Assembly: GCA_043228905.1 (NCBI GenBank)
Contig: JBHGNT010000009.1
Span: 7,936,001-8,000,000 of the forward strand
From: Azolla caroliniana
Taxonomy: Eukaryota; Plantae; Polypodiophyta
Length of the DNA: 64,000 bases
Direction: 5' to 3'
Shown here: one piece after another, positions 48,836 through 60,332 of the stretch
Numbering within the stretch: position 1 is the first letter of the stretch
How the letters are laid out: each line of letters begins with the position of its first letter
Position numbers and translations under genes: made by a program
The notes under the pieces: generated by a model
The model's database searches: none
What the model was told of the DNA's origin: nothing
The model's input: the letters and a program-made list of their open reading frames with translations, nothing else

Positions 48836-50701
48836 ATGAGTGAAGATTCACCGTTCTCGATTGAAGAATATTGTTTGTCATCAGACCCATCGTTTTCTAC
48901 TGAAGAGTATTGTTTGTCATCAGAGTCACCATATTCGATTGAAGAATATTGTCTGTCGACCGACTCACCATATTCTATCGAAGAATATTGTCTGAGCTCA
49001 TCTACAGGGAATGTAAATAATGACACATGTGAAGAGTTCTCTATTGAAGAATACGATATTAATAAAGATACCGAGAATGAAGGAAGTGCCTAGGAAACAT
49101 TGAATAACATTGGCGATGGTCACAGCAAAGAATTAGACTGTAACAAGGTTACACCAACCTCTATGCAGGAAGAGAAATCTGGGAGCCCTATGCATATTAG
49201 AAGAATCCCACGAAGAATTCGTCTAGCTAGATTTAGCTTGGTGACATCAGATAAACAGATTGGATTTGATGTCAACAAAATATGTTGTGCCCGTGGTTGT
49301 ATGTCTATGATTGGAAAATCAAAGTTGCGAGAATTAAGGCGATACTATTTTTCGATGACCGGTGATGAGCAAGACACTTACCTCGGGTCACATATGCAAC
49401 TAGTATCTGACAAATGTACGGGGATCAAAGTATCATTCGAGTATTATATCTTCCATGCGCAACAGATATGTAGAGTTGCATTCAAAATTGCGTTATGTGT
49501 TAGTAACATGCGACTACATAGAGTACAACAACGTCTACTTAGCGGGGATCAGATGCTCAATTGTAAAGAGGTTCCAAGTATGAAAGGTGCAATTGGAAGA
49601 CTAGCTATTGGCTGGATGAAAACTTACTTTCAGTTAAATTGTGAAGTAATGCCCACTACAGGTAGGATGCATCTTTCTGATAATTATACACGTCGGGAAG
49701 TTTATGATGTCTATCAATCTGATATGCTGGGCTCACGTAATAAGTCGATCACATATAGCCAATTCACAAGATTATGGAGAGCTCGGTTTTCAAATGTTAT
49801 TATTCCTCGTAAAGTACGTATGGGGTATTGCTCCATTTGTGCAAATCTTAAAAGTTTGGCTAAAGGTGCAAAGACATCAATGGAAAAGGATACGAGTAAG
49901 AAGTTACTACAAGAGCATCGTGAGGCACAATCCTTAGAACGAAGGAATGTGATGCATCATAGAGAGAAGTGTTTGAAGAGGCCCGAACAATACATGTGCT
50001 TAATGATAGATGGCATGGACCAGAAGAAGACATGCTTGCCGCATATGCGGAGGCTCCCCAAAGATGTCAATGATGAGTGCCTTGTTCAAATGCACTTGGT
50101 GGGATGCTTGGCTTATAATAGGTCTGTTCGACCTCACGTCTTCATTACTTACCCCAATGTTCACAATGACCCTAACCTAACAGTTACAGTGATTCACCGA
50201 GTTTTGATGTCTTGGGGACAACCTTTCCCCCCTATTCTATACATTCAATTGGACAATACTGCTAGAGAGAACAAAAATTCAACTGTATTTGGCTATCTAA
50301 GTATGTTGGTCAACCTAGAATTGTTTAGGAAAGTGAAAGTCAATTTCCTTTTGGTTGGCCACACACATGACCATATAGATCAGATGTTTAGCACATTCTC
50401 CAGACAGTTGTCTCGGCATGATGCTTTCACTTTACCTAAACTATTTGATGTCATTTGTGATGCTTATACACCACGCCCAAAAGTGTTACACGTGAAGGAG
50501 GTATATGACTTTAAGAGATATATATTAGATGGGGGTGGTGGGAATGTTAAAGTGCTTGCTCAGTTAAACAATATAAGTTTCAATCACATTTTTTTGATAA
50601 AGAAAAATGGAATAAGTGGTTCTACACTTTTGTATGCCAAACAATATTCATCTTCTACAACATGGGAACCTGTAGGTGGTTGCCAGTTATTACTTTGTAT
50701 G
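48836..50701 (+). pseudogene. Sola-like (DUF7869-type) DDE transposase with one premature stop, truncated at the gypsy junction
   Basis: ORF 48836-49093 is in frame with 49100-50716 across one TAG. Motifs CCARGC, ICRVAFKIAL, FTRLWRARF...YCSICANL, MIDGMDQ, LYIQLDNTARENKN, FLLVGHTHDHIDQMFS. Superfamily assignment is from motif memory. Confidence 0.78.
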
Positions 50702-53700
50702 ATGGCAGTGTTGTAAAACTTGTAGTCGTGGGGGACCATCAGGAACATACAATAGGTTTTGTCGAAATAGAAAACCACCATGCCAATAGAACTGACAATA
50801 ATCATTATGAGGGTTTTTCGACTGCGAGCAAGAAGCACGATCTGGGACAATATGATCCAAAACATCCTTGGCGAATTCATCAGTGGCCATATGATCTCAA
50901 ATGGAATCAAGAAGAGTGGAATCTTCAAGTGTTGTTATGGCATTAACTACCATTAATCGTAGGCGATTAGGACCCAAAAGGATTTGTTTTTGATGCTCAA
51001 ATGCAGGTTCCCCTGGACGAAGTTCTATATAAGAGCATCGAGAAAGCGCATCTGCTTTGCCTTGCTGCATCCCAAGGCGATATATGATTACAAAGTCGAA
51101 GTGGGTCAAAAATTGCACCCATCGGGCTTGTTGCCGACTCAAGACTCGAGCATTTTGAAAATATGCCAGGTTCTTATGATCATTGTAGACAATGATCTAA
51201 TGAGAAGAGCCTTCTAGAAAATGTCGCCATTGTTGAAAAGAATCCATGATTGCAAGAAGTTCTTTGTCATGGATCTCGTAGTTGATCTCTGTAGCTTCCA
51301 ACTTTCGGGAATGAAAGGTGACAGGGTGTAGCTCTCCGTCATCTCCAACCTGCGATAGGACAATTCCTAGTGCAAAATCGGATGCATCAGTTTCAAGGAT
51401 GAAGCATTTTGTTGGGTCGACATGTGCTAAAATAGGTGCCGTTGTAAACACTCTCAAATAATGTTCCCAAACACTCTAATTCTCTCAAATCTCACAAGCC
51501 TACAACTCTTGGTAGTCTTCAAATTTCGGATGCCTCATCAAATGACTAAGGCTGCTTTTATTTATAGCCCTCACTTCACTGACTTTTGCATAATAATGAT
51601 GCATGTGGCCTTCCTATATTCACCAAGAGTGATGACTTTGCAATTTAATTAACAAAGCATATAGCTTACTCATTAAGTCTTTCAATTAGTCATCATGCTT
51701 TGTGTAGATCATGCAGATGAGAGACATGGCTTTCCATAAACCACAACAATTAATTCAAGTCATTTAAACAACAACCTTAGAATAATTTTTAATAAATTTC
51801 CGATAAAAGTTCGCAAACCCGAGAAAACATTGCACATCGCGCATTTAAACAAGTGTTTGCCACTCGAAAATTGCTTGAACCTTCATGGGGTCCATAGAAA
51901 TACCATCTGATGATACAACGTACCCCAAAAATTCCACTTGATTTTGGTTGAAACTACACTTTTCTAATTTTGCGTAGAGACCATATTCTCGTAGTCAAGA
52001 TAGTACCCGACGAACATGTTCATCATGCTCCTCTTGGGTCTTCGAGTAGATCAAAATGTCATCTAGGCAAACTATAGTGAAGATATCGAGAAAATCTTGA
52101 AAAATATCATTCGCCATATGCTGGAAAATTGCAAGTGCATTTGTGAGACCGAATGGCATCACAGTATACTCGAAATGTCCATAGTGAGTGCGAAAAGCAG
52201 TATTCCATTCATCCTCCAAATGAATCCGAACTAGATTATATGCACCACGAAGGTCCAATTTCGTGAAATATTTTGCTCCACTAAGACGTTCCAAAAGATT
52301 CGGGATTAACGGTAGAGCATATCTATTCTGGATGGTCACTTTGTTTAGTCCTCGATAATCCACGACCAACCGAAGAGATATTTGTTATAATTATGCTTGT
52401 ATGCAGGCGTGTGGAAACCGAAAGGTATAGGAGATGCGTGACACACATTGATCACTGTTACAGTTTCTCATCGCATTAACAGAGTAGCTGTTGTATCATT
52501 TCATAGAACACCTTAACACTGAATAACGATGACCTTGGTAGAGGCTTTTTGTATTAGTAGACATGTATGTAAGTTCAAGAGGTTCATTGTTTTTGAACCT
52601 CTTGAACTTACAGAGATGCATAAAGGTTTTCTTTTTCTTAATGAAGAAGATCGGTGCACCAGCAGGGAATCTAGAATGCCGAATGAATCCATTTGCGAGA
52701 TTCTCGTCGATATATTCCCGCAAAGTCCCTAGCTCTACAGGGGAGATATTATAAATTGGGCCCCATGGAGGTTCTTTCCCTGGTTGTAAGTCAATAGTGC
52801 ATTTGTATGGCCGATGCTCTGACAATGTATTGACCTTCACCTTATCAAAGACGTCGGAGAACTCTTTGTATTTCTCAGGTAGTTTAATGTCCCCTTCATG
52901 TAAGGTGGATGATGGAGTTGCTACTATTGCAAATATGAACATATCCTCGATCCCCCCCTTCCTCACGTAACTAGCGTAAAGAGATAGTCGATAACTTATG
53001 GGATCTAGTATCAAATGTCAGAGAGTTGAGGGATGCGAGCTTTGTTCCTTCTTCCCGGGTCTCCTCAATTATCCTTTTCATCCAATCAATCTTCGGGTTA
53101 TGGAGTTCAAACCAAGGGAGACCTAGAACTATTGGGTGTTCCAGACTGTGAATAATGTTGAAAGAGATCATGCTTGCCAAATCGCCAAGAACTATACAAA
53201 TTGGCTCAGACTCCTCGACTATATCACTTGATGCTATGGGACGACCATCAATGACTCCTACGGCTACTGGGTTTGGGAGCTTATTCAAAAGGACGTTTTG
53301 TGACAATGCAAATTCACGATCCATGAAACAAGAGTTGGCTCCAGAATTTAGGAGGGCAGAGGCTAGGACTTGATAACATGTAGATGTGGTAAGCTCAACT
53401 TGTGCAGAAAAAACTCTACTCACTTGACTCGATGAAATGGAACCACGACTAGGAATTAACTCTACATATCTAGGAATGGTCCAACCAAATGGCTCCTATT
53501 TTGGCCGGACTTACTCGTTTAACACATCCTCTAATTGACTCAAGACATCGAATCTATTCTCATGGCATGGACTATTAGGCTTATTTATGTTATTAGATGT
53601 AACAATGGAACTTGAAGTAGGGATGTCATGTGCACTTGGTATACTTGACGTCTAGGTTTATCTGGACATTTCACGACTATATGTCCTGGACTGCCACAAT

Positions 53701-54699
53701 ATAGGCATAGGCGGTGCGCTCGACGTCGTTGCTTCTCAGCATCTGATAAAGGCCCTCGACGTTGTGTTATCTCTATTTCCATCGGAGTTGGACCATCCCT
53801 TGTAATGGGTCTCGAAACTTGTGGAGGCGTTGTGACTACAAAAGCCTATGTCTGTTCCGGTTGGCGACGTAACATTTGTTGGCGCTCAGAACGTCGCTCA
53901 AATAGGCGATTATCACATCGCACGGCTCGACTAATGGCATCAAATAGGCGATTATCACATCGCACGGCTCGACTAATGGCATCTGTTAGAGACTTCGGAT
54001 ATTCATGGAAAGTAAGAAGAAGATCTTTGACATCATTATGCAAACCTTGACGGAATTGATCCATTAGGGCCGCCTCATCCCAAGGGATATCGCATGCCAA
54101 AAGATGAAAATTAGCTGCGTATGCCGACCCGGGACAATCTCCTTGTCGGAGCCTTCGAATCTTGTTTATCGCCGTCCTAGTGTTGTCGGTGTCTCCGAAA
54201 CTAGCTTGAAACTCCTTAACAAATGCCTTAAAATCCTCTAGCAATGGTGATTTCTTCTCGAGAAGTGGTGCAAACCATGCTAATGATGTACCACATAGCA
54301 AGGTTCCACTAATCCCACACGAGCAACATCAGTTGGGTACCGATTGGGATGTAACTGAATAACCAAACAGACTTGATTCAAGAAGCCTCGAAATAAAGAC
54401 CTCGTACCATCAAACTTGGCAAGTAGGCTAATCTTTGGTTCTCAAGGGGAGTTTTGAGCCCCCGACGCTTGTTCTCATAATGACGATATAGTAGCCTCGA
54501 GTTGATGAACCCGTTGTGATAACTCTTCATATTGTTGAGCTTTTTCGGTACTCACTTGTCGTAGGTTGTCCAATAGCCTTTGATTTTCATGCTCTAATGC
54601 CACAAATTTATTCATGAGCATGTCGAGCTCAAAAAGAACACGCATGTATTCCTATTTGCTCACGGACTCCATAACTTACGAGGGGAGAAGAGAAGAAAG

Positions 54700-55180
54700 A
54701 AGAGAACTTGTTGGAAGAGGGAGAAATAAAAAATTGGTACTACAAGTACTTCTAATAGATTTTGCATTCTTTGGGACATAGATGTTCCGATCTTGGATGT
54801 ATTACCCTCAACTCGGATGATCCAACTATTGGTGCAAGACCTTTTAAGTTGAAATGGGGCAAATTTGTAGGTGCATGTTACACATGTAACAAGTTTGGTC
54901 ATATGCAAGTTTGGTCACATGCACGATTTGAGACAAGCCTTTGATGTGGACAAAGAGAACCCTGAAGGATGGAAAATATCTAAGAAATCATTTAGATGCA
55001 AGACACCCGTGGTGGTGAGGAACTACACTCACGCACTTGAGAATCAAGGTTCATCTTTACAGGTTAATGCTTCAATGCCCTCTTCAGTCTCAGAAGCCTG
55101 GAAAAGGGTGAGTAGAGGCTCATATGTGGACATTTACAAAGATGGATCAAATTCATATATTAGTAGAGGTGTTTGACAAC
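54700..55180 (+). mobile_element. LINE ORF1 fragment, probable right half of the LINE broken at 41161
   Basis: SNRFCILWD and FKLKWGKFVGACYTCNKFGHM (zinc knuckle) on the same strand and in the expected order after the 40700-41161 fragment. Confidence 0.55.
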
Positions 55181-55369
55181 TAGGGGATACGTAGTTATAC
55201 CTAAAGCTAATGATATCAACATGAGGCAAAACTCCATCAATTTATAGAAGTGTTTTTTTGAGGTGCAAAGAAATGACACATAGTCTTAGTCTTACTTAGG
55301 TGTTGTGTAATTGTGTTAGAACAACCGAGGGAGAGATGTCAATTCACAGCTATGGCGTGAGACCATGCC

Positions 55370-55660
55370 GAAAGGAGTTCCATTCCATGAGAGCCCTTTG
55401 ATAGCACACACATTAACTCATTTCACTAGAGCCCTTTGGATCCCCAAGCATTGCCTCATTCCACAAGACCGCTTTAAATTCCTCGTGCGCACGTTCATAG
55501 AAAGTGTGTTGACTCATTCCATGAGAGTCCCTTGGGTTCCCCGAGCACCCGTCCATAACACATGTGCCGACTCATTTCATGAGAGCCCCTTCATAGGAAT
55601 AGGCCAACTCATTCCACGAGAAACCCTTGGAATCCACGAATGTCCATTTATTCTATGAGC
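55370..55660. repeat. Short degenerate repeats
   Basis: ctcattccatgagagccc-like motif recurs about 6 times. Confidence 0.55.
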
Positions 55661-56149
55661 GCCCATTGATTCTACAAACACCCATACATTTGCACAAAGG
55701 CTTTCCGAGAAGGGTGAAATTACTCAAGGGCAATCCATGAGAGCAACCTATGAAGGAAGTATGTGGAAGTTAGCCCATTTGAGGGCGAGAAACAGACAAA
55801 GGGTTTCGGGAAACCCAAGTTCTTCTCCAAGATCTTCACATCTTCTAGGTGGTTCATGTCCCATGCAGTCTCACTCAAGTAGTATGTGCACATGTATTTA
55901 CGCGGCAATGGAATGTCAATTGCAATTTAGACGATGATTGTCGAGTGAAAAAGGAGAAAAGACAATGCTATGATTATTTTACCGATTGGGGGAAACTATA
56001 TTCCATGAATTTTTGTTTGTTGTATTTCTTGTTCTAATTTTTTATGAAATGTTAACAACTAGAAATTAAGTTGTAGCTTAAATGATCAAAATTCAAAATT
56101 TAAGAATTGAGGCGAGAAATAAAATTCAACATTAAATATATTAACATAT

Positions 56150-57486
56150 TATGGTGTGCATGTGTTCCTTTGTGCCACCCTTTTAGCACCCCTTTTTAGG
56201 ATGCATATATCTAAACCCACCCTTTTAGCACATCCTTTTTAGCTAAGCCAACCCAAATGGGTACCTTTGTATCAACTATAAATTGAGTAAGAAGTAAGAA
56301 GCTAACTAGGTTGGTTTTGATCTCTGTGCATTTCACATATTGGTGGAGAAGCGGGGCACCAGTTCCCCACGTCCAAGCATTTCCCCCTCACCTTAGGTTG
56401 CCCACTAACTTCTTGTCCCACGAGTTTCCTCGACCCCCCTCCTACACAATAGCCCTCATGTCCCCCACCTCAGCCAAGTCCAGGTGGCCCTCAGTCCACA
56501 AGAACGATTGATCTATATCCGCCTATAGTCCTCGTGTCCCCCACCTCATCCAAGTCTAGGTGGCCCTTAGTCCACATGAGCGATTGATCCCTATTCTCCT
56601 ATAGCCCTCATGTCCCCCACCTCAACCAAGTCCAGGTGGCCCTCAGTCCACAGGAGGGATTGATCTTTCTCCGCCAATTGATCTTTCCCCGATTCCCCTT
56701 CGACACGATAACCCTCCTGTCCCCCACCTCATCCAAGTCCAGATGGCCCTTAGTCCGCACGAGCGATTAATCTCTATCCGCCTATAACCCTCCTGTCCCC
56801 CACCTCAGCCAAGTCCAGGTGGCCCTTAGTCCACAGGAGGGATTGATCTCTATCCGCCAATTGCTAGCTCATTTTCCGTCACTAGCCCTGTCCAACTATT
56901 ATCATATTAGGGCCGCCAGTTCCATGAGGATGTCCTCAACGTCATTACAGTTTAACTAGGTGTCCAACATGTGCTTAAGTCCCCATACCATCCTTAGATA
57001 AATGGCCTCACCGGACACCTCAACAAGACCCTCAAGACGGAGATTGCCACTTACATCGATCCATGCAACAAAACCTAAGATCAAATCTTGCCTTTCGTCA
57101 CCCACGCCTACAATACATCCGTACAGGTGTTGACACGGATCAACCCTTTTCGAGCACTCTATGGGCATAACCCTCACCTCCCACTAGAATCGTCCATTGA
57201 TATCCATTCGAAACCTACCAACATGGATAGGATCACTTTGGGGGCTCTATGTCCAACATATGCTCCCCCTCCTTCGACAAGCCACTGCTCCTATTCCTGT
57301 TCCTGCTCCTGGGTCTCTTGTTTCTCTCGGGGGGAAATGTGGTGTGCATGTGTTCCTTTGTGCCACCCTTTTAGCACACCCTTTTTAGCTAAGCCAACCC
57401 AAATGGGTACCTTTGTATCAACTATAACTTGAGTAAGAAGTAAGAAGCTAACTAGGCTGGGTTTGATCTCTTATGTGCATTTCACA
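56150..57486 (+). mobile_element. Miniature internally deleted gypsy-type LTR element (1.34 kb)
   Basis: LTRs 56150-56337 and 57338-57486 ending in CA; ATAT on both flanks; PBS TGGTGGAGAA after the 5' LTR; GGGGGGAAA PPT; integrase remnant (PYHP, LPFVTHAYNTSVQ..PFRALYG) at ~56910-57190. Confidence 0.82.
56448..56860. repeat. Five ~75-125-bp tandem units inside the mini LTR element
   Basis: cctcatgtcccccacctcagccaagtccaggtggccctcagtccaca...gattgatc repeated five times. Confidence 0.9.
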
Positions 57487-58109
57487 ATATAATTTTGAAA
57501 TGACTCTATAAGCCATTTGAATCATTAGGGCTTTGATTTCAAACTTTCAAACTTGATAAACCATCAGGTCAATACACATTCAAACTTGAAAAATCCTCAT
57601 TGTTAAACTCCCCACGCCAAACCAAACCCAAGCTGAATTGTTTTCCCAATTTGGAGCATAACCAAAACCAAGCCAAGCGGTTTAAGACACTAAACCATGG
57701 TTCGGTTTACATCCCAACTAGATCATTGTGGTTTGCTACTTTAAATGAAATCGTAGTTTGTAAGGAGGTTATGAGAGAGAGTGTATTGCAATGCATATAT
57801 TTTATTATTGCTCAAATTGTATTTGCCAAGTTGTCTAATTGATCTAAGAGTCATTTTCCTCTCTCTAAAACCCTTTTCTTCTTTCCTAAAACCCATTGTG
57901 ACTTTTCTCTCGTTAAAAGCCCTTTCTTTTAGTAACATTTTTATTACTAGTGGGAAACTTCAAAGTGAGGTGAAAACCCACAAAGAATAAAGAAATATTT
58001 TAAAACAATCTTTTCATTTTTAGACCTTATTCTCACATTTTAGGAACATCTTTAAAAAATTTAAAAATTCTAAATAATGAAATATTTTAAATTTTAAAAT
58101 TTGACCTAA

Positions 58110-58244
58110 GTTGAAAACCGAAACCACGGTTTTAACGGTTTCCTGGTTCAGATTGGTTCAGATTTCAAAAAATTTAAATAGTTCGGTTCCAAACCGGTTT
58201 GGTTTTGACCCTCTCAAACCGAACCGAACTGTTGCCGATTGTTA
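58110..58244. mobile_element. hAT-like terminus
   Basis: AACCG-rich subterminal region ending GTTGCCGATTGTTA, the same end as 35157-35304. Confidence 0.45.
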
Positions 58245-58799
58245 TATACATATCTATATCTATTTATGCGTTGGTTTGTTTTTTGGTGGGTTTTGGTTCT
58301 TCTGAATCTCAACCAAAAAGAGTAAAACAAAAATGGATTTGGGTTTTAAGAGTCGCAAATGATCAATCAATCAATCAGCGGGAGTTTCAGGTGAGTCCAT
58401 CTGCCACACTGCACGATTTTGAGAACATGGATTCCTCCTCGACCTGTATAGAGATCCAGATGAATACCCTTAAGCAATATGCAAGTTACTTATGCTTTTT
58501 TGTCGAGGCACCTACTTTGTGTACCCACGTACAGTACTGTTATCTCCCGATGAATGCTCAAGGATAAGCAAGTTAAGCTCATCATATCCCCTAACCTATT
58601 CAAGACAATCCAACCAACCTCTTGCTCATATGTGTGCATTGTTAAAATTGGGCTAAATTTGATTGTAAGTTTTGTACTGTTTGGTTAAATAACCAACCAA
58701 TGTAGCTGTGTGAAGGGAGAATTCCAAGTTTTTTGAAAGGAAACTAAAAAATTGCCCTTCATTGTTAGTGCACAATTAAAACTACAAATATTTTGGAAT

Positions 58800-59030
58800 A
58801 TAAATTTGCACCATATGACATGAATGACTTTGTGATCAAGAGCTTCTTAATCATGTCATGCAAGTTATTGTGTGTTTAAGAATAAATGTAAATGACCACA
58901 ACACAATTTGTTTCAGAATGTAAATTTGCATCATATGACATGAATGACTTTGTGATCAAGAGCTTCTTAATCATGTCATGCAAGTTATTGTGTGTTTAAG
59001 AATAAATGTAAATGACCACAACACAATTTG
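58800..59030. repeat. 120-bp tandem duplication
   Basis: taaatttgca.catatgacatgaatgac...acacaatttg occurs twice, almost identical. Confidence 0.9.
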
Positions 59031-59781
59031 ATTTACAGACTCATTGGGTGAAACTAATTACCATGATTTATGATTTTATAATCACTTAGTAGTATGAAGA
59101 GAATGCCCATACTTTCTCCCCATCTTGCAAGAGTAACTTTCAAAAAGAAAGATAACACAATTGTCCACTCTTTCATGGTATCCTTCAAAACTTTCTCTAG
59201 ATATCCAAGACCAAAAAACAATGCCTAAGTTTGGTAACTAGTAACAATGCCCACACTTTGTTGCCATTGTTGAGTGTTTTCTTTGAGAAGGCTCCAATAG
59301 CAATGCCCACACGTCATTCATATCCTCCAGAACTTTGTACCAACATTTCTTTAAAACGCTTCATATAAACATCCTCGAAATCTTTGTAACAAAACTTATG
59401 CCACAATATATATATATATATCGATGGAGGGCCTTGATTCGATGAAGCCCTAACAATGTTGACATGCATCCTTGAGAATGTCGTGGCAAGGGAGCTTTCT
59501 GACTGGACAATGGGAGGCACAATCCAAGGTTGGTATGGTTTCTAGATTACAGATAGTCACGATTGCCCTATAATTACCCTCATAGATTCTGTCCTTAAAG
59601 AAAATTTGCTATGATATTGAACTTGTTGCTGGATAAGGCACCGATCACAGGTAGTGCCAGTCGCAAAAACATTTACCTTTTTTGGAAACATTGAAAGATA
59701 GAACATTTCTTATCGCAACCCTTTAGAGGCACATACTTCAATTCAATGTCTCGAGTGAATTTTGCAACGACAAATGGACAA

Positions 59782-60239
59782 TGTTGAGAGACAAGCTCAA
59801 CATCGGCCGGATCGGCTGAAGAAGCCGAGGACCGGATCGGTTGGAACCGATCGGTTAGGCCGAATGCGTAAACCAGTACGCAGACCGGTGCGTAGGTAGG
59901 GCCGGATCGGTGCGTAAACCGGGAGGCCGTTAGGAAAGATATTCCGTGAGGAATATATTTGGGAGTTAATGTAGGAGCTCTTAATGAGCATTGAAGTACT
60001 GTCAGTACTTCGGTCAATCCTTCTAGGACTTGTATAAAAGTGTTCATTGAACACACACATGTAAGCAACATAGAGTCGAGTATTGAGATTGTTTTTTGTT
60101 GAATACAGTTCTTGTTTTTTATCTCTCACTCTCTCTGTCTCTCCCGCGTATACTGCGTAAGCTCAAGCTCTCCATTAAACCTGAGTCTTTCTTCCTTCTG
60201 TTCGGTCTTTATACCTGCTTCCACACGTTACTTTTTACA
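59782..60239 (+). mobile_element. Solo copia LTR with 5-bp TSD
   Basis: TGTTGAG...TACA; GACAA at 59777-59781 and 60240-60244; sequence is the reverse complement of the LTR at 60333-60727. Confidence 0.88.
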
Positions 60240-60332
60240 GACAACATGTGGTACAAGCGAAGCTAAGGACACCACAACAATGGAAGCGGGCCACACACAC
60301 ATACACACGTGAGCAGACATCTTTGTGAGTAG

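Larger units (their letters stand above)
42819..50701. mobile_element. 7.9-kb DNA-transposon-derived insert carrying a Sola-like transposase and a ParB-DNA methyltransferase gene
   Basis: Removing it rejoins the gypsy integrase reading LQHCH|DSPMAGHFGVRKTLEL; ATG is present at both junctions (42816-42818, 50702-50704); no TIR seen. Confidence 0.8.
41162..54660 (-). mobile_element. Ty3/gypsy chromovirus (Tcn1-like), degenerate, with nested inserts; 5' LTR not found
   Basis: gag with CLYCGSPGHIVVKC knuckle (~54500-53585), protease LLNSGA (53423-52971), RT ([25 protein letters not shown]; 52369-51995), RNase H (ETDASDFA, 51457-51197), integrase split at 42818/50702, then MDFITNLP and SDRGPQF, chromodomain FEVAAILDSK..YLVDWVGY (~41790-41620), PPT GAAGAAGGGGGA. 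Confidence 0.92.

Noticed and set aside
58245-59700. Possible additional host gene with a CAG|GTGAGT donor at 58390
   Set aside because: No coding exons or recognisable protein could be assembled in the window.
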